A DNA stretch of 64,000 bases. It comes from Octopus vulgaris. Lineage: Eukaryota. Location of the stretch: positions 44,206,001 through 44,270,000 of the forward strand of contig OX597834.1 of the NCBI GenBank assembly GCA_951406725.2, written 5' to 3'. Each line of letters starts with the position of its first letter. The first letter of the stretch is position 1. Both the position numbers and the translations under genes were made by a program. The notes under the pieces were generated by a model that was given only the letters and a program-made list of their open reading frames with translations, did not search any database and was not told the DNA's origin. This document shows positions 54,088 through 64,000 of the stretch, piece by piece.

Positions 54088-54469
54088 GTATGTGCATCTG
54101 CGTGCGTGTGTGTATGTGCACGCTCGTCTCTGTATATTTATACTGAGATATTTTTGTATATATGTGTATGTGTGTGTTGGCGGGAAAGAAACGAAGTGGT
54201 AAAAATAGATGAAAGATCCCCATTCAGAAATCGATGGAAAATGTTTCCACCTTGGTATTTCCAATCATGCATTCTGAAGTGTCTCTCAGAGAGTTTTGTT
54301 GGCCACAAACGGGTTTTCCTGTCAACGGAAACCTTACTTCGTATAAAAATTCAGAACTAGACGTTCAAATCTGATCAGAAATTTACTGGATGAAGGCGCT
54401 TGACAGTCAGGTATTTATATACTAGCCACGTAAATTAGATGTTAAGCAATCCCCACTTGACAGTTTCTG

Positions 54470-54690
54470 TTCTCCATGGCATCGATATCTGCCTCAGTTC
54501 TCTTCTGCCTCTAATTTTGATCAAACGCTACCATTCTTCTCCAGGTAGCTTCCACATTCCTTCTCCACTCAGCATCTGTCACCAGCATCATGTAGCATTT
54601 AGTACGGTGTATCTAGAATTATTTTCCATTCATAAGCTTCCGTACCTAGCACACAGCTTGCTTCAATGTCCAGCCAGCTCTTTACTTTTC
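54470..54690 (-). pseudogene. Probable decayed RTE-clade LINE 3' fragment
   Basis: Minus-strand remnants LAGH* and ..TWRRMV resemble the RTE ORF2 C-terminus (W.GH..R; GRP..TWRR.V); interrupted. Confidence 0.35.
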
Positions 54691-54721
54691 TGCACATCTA
54701 GCAGTTTTTTGTGTGAGCAGA

Positions 54722-54756
<35 letters not shown>

Positions 54757-54780
54757 GTGCCTGCTACAAAAGAAAAAAGA

Positions 54781-55120
54781 GTAAAAACCCCCTTCGGTCT
54801 TGAATAACTACGGGATTGCACCTAGAAAGTTCCCCTCATAGGAACAAGTCCGGGCAAGGTTAATTACGAAAGACCAGCAGTTACCCATGCATACGAACCT
54901 CCCCTCGCCACGCCACCGATGTTATCCAAGAAAAAGGAAAAAACCCGCTACAGATTGGCCCCAATTACGCTACAACTCATTTCCATAACTGAATGAACTC
55001 GAGCAACGTGAAATAAAGTGTCTTGCTCAAGAGCAGAACATACAGCTCGGTCAAGAAATCGAACCCACTACTTCATGATTGCGAGCTCGACGCTCTTACC
55101 ACTAAGCCATACACATTCAC
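54781..55120 (-). mobile_element. SINE family D, full length (related copies at about 43735-43948, 46938-46996, 59511-59830 and 61085-61177, all minus)
   Basis: tRNA-like head, core aactcatttc..ctga.tgaact.gagcaacgtgaaataaagtgtcttgctcaag, 3' arm acaagtccgggcaa shared between copies. Confidence 0.82.
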
Positions 55121-55632
55121 AGGTGCCTGTATATGTTTATGTACTTATGTTCGTTACTGCCTTATAATAAGTTACCTTGCTACTGTCCCTTTATGCCCAA
55201 ATCTATTCTAAGGACATTCTCACCAGCATCCATTTGTTGTCCCCTTTTTATTTAATCCCTCCTTCATTTGTTTACTCCCTTCTTTTCTTTCTTCTTATTC
55301 CGATTCTGATTTTCTGTGCTCTGCCTTCTTTCTCACAGTCTACCCCTCGCATATTTTATTCACAGCAATTCATTCCCCATTCATTGCCTGCATTCCTGCC
55401 ACTTATAGTTTCTTCTAGTCTTCGTTAAAAGACAAATCTCCGACGTGACAGATTTATTTTTCCTCTCCTCTCAACAATCACACCCTTCAATATTTTTCAT
55501 TTGCCGTTACCGAAATCCACCCGAACCAGTTAACACAGTTAACAGAAATTTAACCTATCTAAATTTTTATTCAACTGAAACAAACCCCAATCGGCTCAGC
55601 TGATGGCGCAATACAGAGGCTGTTTGAATCCA

Positions 55633-56285
55633 AGGCTGCGAGCTGACAGAAACGTTAGCACGACTGGCGAAATGCTTAGCTGTATTTTGTCTGTCTTTAT
55701 GTTCTGAGTTTAAATGTCGACTTTGCCTTTCATCCTTTGAGGGTCGATAAATTAAGTACCAGTTGCGTACTGGGGTATATCTAATCGACTGACCCCTCCC
55801 TCAAAGTCTTGTGCCTAGAGTAGAAAATAATATTGGTTTCACATAAGACGGCGAGCTGGCAGAAACGTTAGCACGACGGGCAAAATACTTATCGGTAATT
55901 CGTCTGTCTTTCCGTTCTGAGTTCAAATTCTGCCGAGGTTGACTTTCCCTTTCATCCTTTCGGGGCCGATAAATTCAGTACCAGTTGCTTACTGGGGTCG
56001 ATCAAATCGACTGGCCTCCTCCCCCAAAATTTCGGGCCTTGTGCCTAGAGTAGAAAAGAATATTTTTAAAGGCGGCGAGCTGGCAGAACCGTTAGCACAC
56101 TGGACGAAATACTTATCGGTAATTCGTCTGTCTTTCCGTTCTGAGCTCAAATTCTGCCGAGGTTGACTTTCCCTTTCATCCTTTCGGGGTCGATAAATTC
56201 AGTACCAGTTGCTTACTGGGGTCGATCAAAGCGACTGGCCTCCTCCCCCAAAGTTTCGGATCTTGCACCTGGAGTGGAAAAGAAT
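55633..56285 (+). mobile_element. Three head-to-tail SINE family B copies
   Basis: Units start near 55633, 55848 and 56070; units 2 and 3 share private variants. Confidence 0.88.
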
Positions 56286-56796
56286 ACAGAGCCTGCTGGA
56301 ATCCATTCTCAGAAATACAACTACCAAATGACTCAAACTCCTATTTAACCGCATTAATTCCAGTGTAATTCACTAATATCGACTCAACTCACCAGGCAAC
56401 GAATGAGAGGGCAATACTCTTTTAACCCTTAATCCTGTCCCCTGTCACTAAGCCAATTGTCTCCAAACTGACCGTAGACCTCCACGTTTTCAACCATGTT
56501 TAACAACTCCTCAGTGTCTGAAACCATTCGCAGAGAGACAACAGCAAAACAACTCAACTCGTTGTTAAGCCATAATGATTCTATTCTAATTAAATTTCTC
56601 TGCCAATTCAGTGACAATTTTTAATTAGAAAATCAATTTATTACGTTTTATTGAGATTCATTGTCGTGAGCACGGACTTGTATTCAATGAGAATCGAAAC
56701 CAGAGTGACTTGCTCAAAAGCTTATCGCTGCCTGTTCACTCTTGCCTTAGAGGATAATTAGTAAGAAAGTTAAAAATGTGTGTGTATGTGTGTGAG

Positions 56797-56833
<37 letters not shown>

Positions 56834-58488
56834 GTGAGAATGTATGAAGCAATCTCTAATACTCTCCCTCTTTCCATCTCTCTTTCTCTTCCTCCCTCCC
56901 TCTCTTTCCGTCCTTTGTTAGAATTATTCTGGCAATCACCGCTTTTAGAAACTCTCTCCCAAAGCGCACTTCGCAGTAAATACCACCGCAGCCGCCGCCG
57001 TCATCGTCGTCGTCGTCATCGGCGTCTCCTTCCTCTTCACCATCTCCTACATCTCATTTAAGATTAACAACAGTACCACCAGCACCGCCAGCACCAGCAC
57101 CACCACCATCACCATCACTATCACCAGCACCACCGTCAACACCACAACCAACAGCAGTACCGCTGCTACCACCGCCTCAACCACAACCACCTCCACTATG
57201 ACAACAACGACGACGACGACAACCTCCACCATAACCACCATCACCACCACCACCACCACCACCACCATCACCACCACCACCACCACCACCACCACCGTTA
57301 CCTACATAACTAACCGCTGGCGTCATGAGAACCAGTACCAGTAATATCCGGGTCTCTATCAGCAACACTAACACCTTCATCACGACGACGACTACCACCA
57401 CCACCACAACCAACACCAGAACCACCGCCGCTGCCGCTACCGCGACCACCACAACCACAGTCACTACCAGCACCACGACGGCCACCACCATGACGACCAC
57501 CATGACGACCACCGCCACCGCCACTACCACCATCACTAATACTTTTACCGCTGCTGCTGCTACTACTACTACTACCACCATCGTACCTCTCCCAGCAACA
57601 CCCTAGCAAGCCATTAGCGTCATGGTGACCTTCAAGAATGTTGACCGGTACCAGTAAGATCCGCGTCATTATCAGCAACACTAACACCACCACCACCACC
57701 AGCACCACCGCCAACAACAACAACAACAACAACATCACTAATACCACCACCACCGCCAACAAGAACAACATCACTACCACCACCACCACCGCCGCCACCG
57801 CCACCGCCACCGCCGCCACCACCACCACCACCACCACCACCGCCAACAACAACAACATCACTAATACCACCACCACCACCACCACCGCCAACAACAACAA
57901 CAACAACGTCGCTACAACCACCACCATCACCATTACCGAACCACCCTCGGCTCAGGTCGTCGTCATCGTCGTCATCGTCGTCGTCGTCGTCATCGTCATC
58001 GTCTTAATTGTCACGAGTTTCATCATTATATTTCATTTTTCTACATGGCGGTAAGTTTTAAATTAGGATGCGGTGAAATGACAAGTAAACGCTGTTAAGA
58101 TAATTGGCTGGTCAACTCTGTGTAGGAAGATTGCCAGCGGGCAATTGTTGCTAATGAGCGCAACTCACCATCAGCATGTTAATTAAGCGCACAGCTGGTG
58201 TTGTGCTAATTGGTTTAACAAACACCACCACCGTCGCCACAATGTCGACCACCACCAGCGACAGCCGCAGCACCACCAGCGCCACCGTTACCATCATCAC
58301 AACCACTACTACGGACAGCAGCTTCTGACAACGGACAGTGGTTAGTGGTGATGGGCATGGGCAGAGGGGTGAGTGAGAGAGAAGATAAGCAGGAGTTATA
58401 GCGAAGCCTAACTACCGCCAGATTTCCAGAAAATGGCCGTCGTATAAAAAGACCGGAGCTACAGAGGAAACATGGAAGAGTTAATTGC

Positions 58489-58555
<67 letters not shown>

Positions 58556-58683
58556 GTAACGGAGTAGTTAGGGCGTTGTGATGATGTAAAGCATGTCTTG
58601 GGCAATAAAATCGTAGCGGAGTCCATTTCTTGCCGAGTCTGGTCAAAACTAATACCTTCCTGATCGAAAGGTTTAGAGAGAGG

Positions 58684-58738
<55 letters not shown>

Positions 58739-58882
58739 AGAGACAGAGACAGAGAGAGAGAGAAAGAGACAGAGACAGAGAGAGAGAAAAAGAGAGAGAG
58801 AGAAATATCGACCTCCCCCAACACTGGACAGGTACATTATTCATTGACTTGGGAAGGATGAAAGGCAGATCTCTCTCTCTCT

Positions 58883-58914
<32 letters not shown>

Positions 58915-59335
58915 ATCACACACACACACACACACAGACACACGCGCACACACACATACACATCAACACCACCAACATAATAATCATCATCATCATCATC
59001 ACCACCACTATAGTCGTCATGGCTGTCGTCGTATACGCCGCCATCGTCGTTGTCATCACCCAAATTACGAATATGATGATAATGATGATGATGGTGATGA
59101 TGATGATGATGACAAGGATGTTGATGCTGATGTTGATGTTTATGATGATGACGATCATCATCATCATCATCATCATTATCATGCTCATTTATTCCGAAGA
59201 CTTTCAGACTGCGCCTCCATACAGGAAACCGCTTTGCATTCTAATTTTTTAATGGAAAGGTTTACACTTGTCCACCTGTCGACCTCAAAAATCAATTTAA
59301 AATATTTTCTTCCATCTCTGTTTCGTTGATTTCCG

Positions 59336-59396
<61 letters not shown>

Positions 59397-59510
59397 GTCA
59401 ATTTAATAACATTAAGCATATAAGTTGGAAATTTTAAGTGCCTAAATGGTTTTAGACTGTGAGATTGTATGATGTATACAATTATAGAAGCATTCCTGTA
59501 TGTAAAAAGG

Positions 59511-59830
59511 GTAAGGGTAAAGAACCCCTTTGTAAATAAATGACAATGGGATTAGACCAAGGAAGCCCCACCCAGGCACAAGTCCGGGCAACATTGTTTA
59601 GGTAAGATCACTTGTCGCCCCTGCATACCCGCCTCTCCTTTCCATCGAAGGGAAAACAAAACCGATACAGTGGCATCGGAACCAGTGACATCGGAACCAG
59701 TGACATCGGAACTCATTTCTACAGCTGAGTGAACTGGAGCAACACTAAATAAAGTGTCTTGCTCAAAAATATAACACACAGCCCGGTCCTGGAACCGAAC
59801 TCATTACCACATGATTGTGAGCCCGGCGCT
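59511..59830 (-). mobile_element. SINE family D with an internal 15-bp triplication (cagtgacatcggaac)
   Basis: Homology to the 54781 copy; three tandem 15-mers at about 59668-59712. Confidence 0.8.
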
Positions 59831-59868
59831 CACAAATAAATGCCTGTATGTATGTAAACATGTATGTT

Positions 59869-59962
<94 letters not shown>

Positions 59963-59968
59963 CATACA

Positions 59969-60004
<36 letters not shown>

Positions 60005-60276
60005 TATATTTATATATATAGTAATATGAATATCATATCAAAGCTATAGGATATACAGGGGATCTACCATAAGTGGCTCACACATAGAAAAATTGTAGAA
60101 CAATACATAGCACCGTACAGAAACCCATCAATCTAAAGTCCATTTGAACATGAAACTTATTGTAGCTCACACACAAATCCTGTGCCTATTAAATTATATT
60201 TTCTCTCGCTGGAGGAAGAAATCTTTTCTATGAATCGTTGATCCTACCGGCAATGGAGCAATATACTATACTTACA

Positions 60277-60331
<55 letters not shown>

Positions 60332-61184
60332 ACACATACACACACATACGCGCGCGCATACTCACAAACACACATATATATATGCATGTATGTATTTATG
60401 TATTTATGTATGTGCATATGCACTGGATAAATTTTTCCCGCATTCTAGAAAATAAGGAAGATTATTTAATCGCCATAGACAAAAATTTTCTTATTCACCC
60501 ATCAGAAATTTAGCTGAAATCCTAGCAGGCACACAGCAAATGTTAAAATAGACAGTATCTCAACTTTAAGATAACACCTTTAAGATAACACGTTGTAATA
60601 ATATTTATCCCGTTCATTATCCTGGTTTAACACCTGATTCTGAGAGAAGCATTAGTACTAATTCCTTTAACCGTGAGCGTTACAATCAAGTGAATAAATA
60701 CCATTGTAATCACCAAAACAAATTTATGTGTCCTTTACAAAATCTGTGTTTAAGAAAGATTACAGCATATCAATGTAAGGTATCAATGCAAGGGATCCTA
60801 CGTTTTATTACCTACGGTGTTCTGCCAGAATTTTGAAATCTAGATTATATAAGCATTCTTCTTCATTTAGGTTTAGAAGAAATCTAATAAAGGCGTTTTG
60901 GAGGAGAAAGAAAGGAGCATTAATTACGCTATAAAGAGGTCCATTATAAAATACGCTCTATCGAACAATACTGATAATTACAGAATATTTGCCTGGAGGA
61001 AATGTATTCTTTTAATTATTTCAAAATTAGAATTACTCAATTCAAGAAGAACTCATACATTGAAATCTTCCTTAAATAGAGAAAAACAAGAACACAACAC
61101 GCAGCCCGGTTCGGGATTCGAACTCACAACCTCACGATCATAAGCTCGAAGCTCTAACCACCGAGCCACGCGCCTTCATACACA

Positions 61185-61227
<43 letters not shown>

Positions 61228-61732
61228 ATACACACACACGTATATATACATATATATATACATATATACATATATGTACATAATTAGCTTCTTTTTTAGA
61301 ATATTGCATTTCTTTTTAATGTTCTTTTTTATGTGTTCATGTATTAAAGATATCAATTTATTTTGAATTTAGCCCGTTTTGTGTTTAACTTGTTAACATG
61401 GTGTTAGTATAAATTTTCGGATATATCGATTTTACTGGTACATTATTATTATTTTTTTTTCTATATCTAAACACGCTGACAAAACGGAAACGATCGGCTG
61501 CAGCGAATAGTGTTATCATCAATTTAAGATGTGACTTTTTCCATTCTCGTTCACGCTGTCAATCAACCTGGATTTATTGGAATTTATTCTCAGCGATATT
61601 TACTTGTCATACAAGACGAACCAGCCTCGATGTTAATTCTACTCGAATTTATTGGATTCTGATTTGCTTAACACTGAGTGCTTTTTAAATATCTGCACGT
61701 GGATATATTAATCTCTTTTTACCTCTTGTCAT

Positions 61733-62151
61733 ATACTCTTTTACTCTTTTTACTTGTTTCAGTCATTTGACTGCGGCCATGCTGGAGCACCGCCTTTAGT
61801 CGAGCAAATCGACCCCAGGACTTATTCTTTGTAAACCCAGTACTTATTCTATCGGTCTCTTTTGCCGAACCGCTCAGTGACGGGGACGTAAACACACCAC
61901 CATCGGTTGTCAAGCGATGTTGTGGGGGGGGGGGGGCAGACACAGACAATAAACACATACACACACACATATATATATATATACATATATACAACAGGCT
62001 TCTTCCAGTTTCCGTCTACCAAATCCACTCACAAGGCATTTGTCGGCCCGGGGCTATAGCAGAAGACACTTGCCCAAGATGCCACGCAGTGGACTGAACC
62101 CGGAACCATGTGGTTAGTTAGCAAGCTACTTACCACACAGCCACTCCTGCG

Positions 62152-62153
<2 letters not shown>
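61733..62153 (-). mobile_element. SINE family C, full length
   Basis: Homology to the 23901 copy. Confidence 0.88.
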
Positions 62154-62197
<44 letters not shown>

Positions 62198-62201
<4 letters not shown>

Positions 62202-62470
62202 CGTGATCACCGTGACCGACCAGGCTATCAGATGTTGCTACATATCGCTGGTCACAATGCGCTTCACATTGGGTTTTAGCCTTGAAAGGACGCCACCACG
62301 CTGGCTAAGCGAGCAGTCCAATAGAAGAAAGAGTTAGAGAAAGTTGTGGTGAAAGAGTACAGCAGGGATCGCCACCACCCCTACCGGAGCCTCGTGGAGT
62401 TTTAGGTGTTTTAGCTCAATAAACACTCACAACGCCCGGTCTGGGAATCGAAACCGCGATCCTACGACTG
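62198..62470 (-). mobile_element. SINE family A variant with a different 3' tail, head truncated
   Basis: Homology to the 22352 copy over gagaaagttgtgg...gggaatcgaaaccgcgatcc. Confidence 0.78.
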
Positions 62471-62836
62471 TATTTTTTTGCCTGTCAATCACTTAGTAAA
62501 GCTGAAATTTTTAAAAATCCGTTATCTCTCTCCCTCTCCCTCCCTCTCTTTACACCGTCGCTAGAAGGGGATTTAACTCATGTTTTGTAAACAATAATGG
62601 CGTCACTACAGGGGATTTCTCCGTCGTGAAAATTGAAGTTATGGCTCAAAATTATTTACCGATATTCGCGGGTGCCTCGGGGGAAAATAATTTGACGAAA
62701 ATACAGCTAGCATCGTGACGAATGTCCTCCTAAAATTTGAGCGACATGCGTACTAATTTGTGGATATGCATAAACTACATTCACGTACACACACACACAC
62801 ATCCTGCGTTATATATATATACAGATATATGTATTC

Positions 62837-62868
<32 letters not shown>

Positions 62869-62873
62869 TCCCA

Positions 62874-62919
<46 letters not shown>

Positions 62920-62951
62920 ATATATATGTATGCATAACTATACATGTACAT

Positions 62952-63004
<53 letters not shown>

Positions 63005-63065
63005 TGTGTGTGTATGTATGTATATATATATATATATATACATAAACACACGCATACACATATCC

Positions 63066-63108
<43 letters not shown>

Positions 63109-63172
63109 TGTGTGTGTATGTATGTATATATATATATATATATATACATAAACACACGCATACACATATCCC

Positions 63173-63223
<51 letters not shown>

Positions 63224-63225
63224 GT

Positions 63226-63283
<58 letters not shown>

Positions 63284-63829
63284 TTGTATGTATGAATATA
63301 TAAGTATGTGTATGTATATATGTGTGTGTGTCATTATTGGATGACATTCCGCATGAGCAGTTTGAGAGAATTGAAAACATAACACAGCATATGGTAGCCA
63401 TATGCCAACACCTTAAAGCATTGTCAGTATTACTTATATAGCGATATACAACCATTTACACATGCAAGTATTTACGTGGGTTGTGCTACGATTTGTGCGA
63501 GTCGTTTTTACTGCTTTCCTTTGCGTCTGTTGCCAGGAAATAAAAATCAAATAGAAAAAATGTAAATAAAAACGGAAAAACGTCAATGAATTTTCTTATT
63601 TAGTCTCAAAACGTTAAACTTCACGTAAATATTGTCTGTTGCTCACACAAGAGCTTTCAGTGACCGGTGTATGGCTCTGCTGGAGCACCATGCTCCGATG
63701 ATTACATTGGCTCAGATGCTCTGTTTTATGTTCTTGTTATTAATAAACCTGGAAAACGAAATTTAGAATCTACTCGATAGTAAATGAACGTAACTGGAAA
63801 GTAAAAAAAAAAAACATTTCTACTCTATG

Positions 63830-64000
63830 CACAAGGCCTTGAAAATTTTGTGGGTAGGGGGCTAGTCGACTATAACGATTAGAGTGCTTAACTGGTACTT
63901 ATTTCATCGACCCCAAAAGACTGAAAGGCTAAGTCGACCTTGGCGGAATTTGAACTCAAAACATAGCGGCAGGCGAAATACCTATTTCTTTACTACCCAC
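63830..64000 (-). mobile_element. SINE family B with a tandem junction, runs off the window
   Basis: gtcgaccttggcggaatttgaactca...gaaatacc|tatttctttactacccac. Confidence 0.82.

Noticed and set aside
57070-58054. Thr-rich mucin-like ORFs (also 42726-43358)
   Set aside because: (ACC)n low-complexity DNA open in several frames on both strands, with a small internal duplication (about 57337 and 57650); no signal peptide or exon evidence.

Overview
AT-rich, extremely microsatellite-dense eukaryotic non-coding DNA. The SINE families and repeat style suggest a coleoid cephalopod, probably Octopus (inference). No host protein-coding exon can be supported, and nearly all ORFs in the track are simple-repeat artefacts. 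Real coding sequence is limited to retroelements: (i) a young Penelope-like element (PLE; RT, Cys knuckle and C-terminal GIY-YIG, Neptune-like) at 28003-31912, bracketed by a 562-bp inverted pseudo-LTR, and (ii) a 5'-truncated CR1-type LINE at 13804-14784. There are about 35 tRNA-type SINE copies or fragments in four families. The most notable signal is a set of at least nine hammerhead-ribozyme (HHR) motifs in four different element types, all ending at (TA)n tracts. One lies in each PLE pseudo-LTR. Two identical motifs lie exactly 497 nt apart in a non-coding 1.5-mer tandem element at 25519-26254 (retrozyme-like, predicted to release a 497-nt, possibly circular, RNA). Four lie in a short dispersed family and one in a further fragment. 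Together they look like a (TA)n-targeted PLE/retrozyme system with an autonomous helper and several non-autonomous ribozyme passengers.
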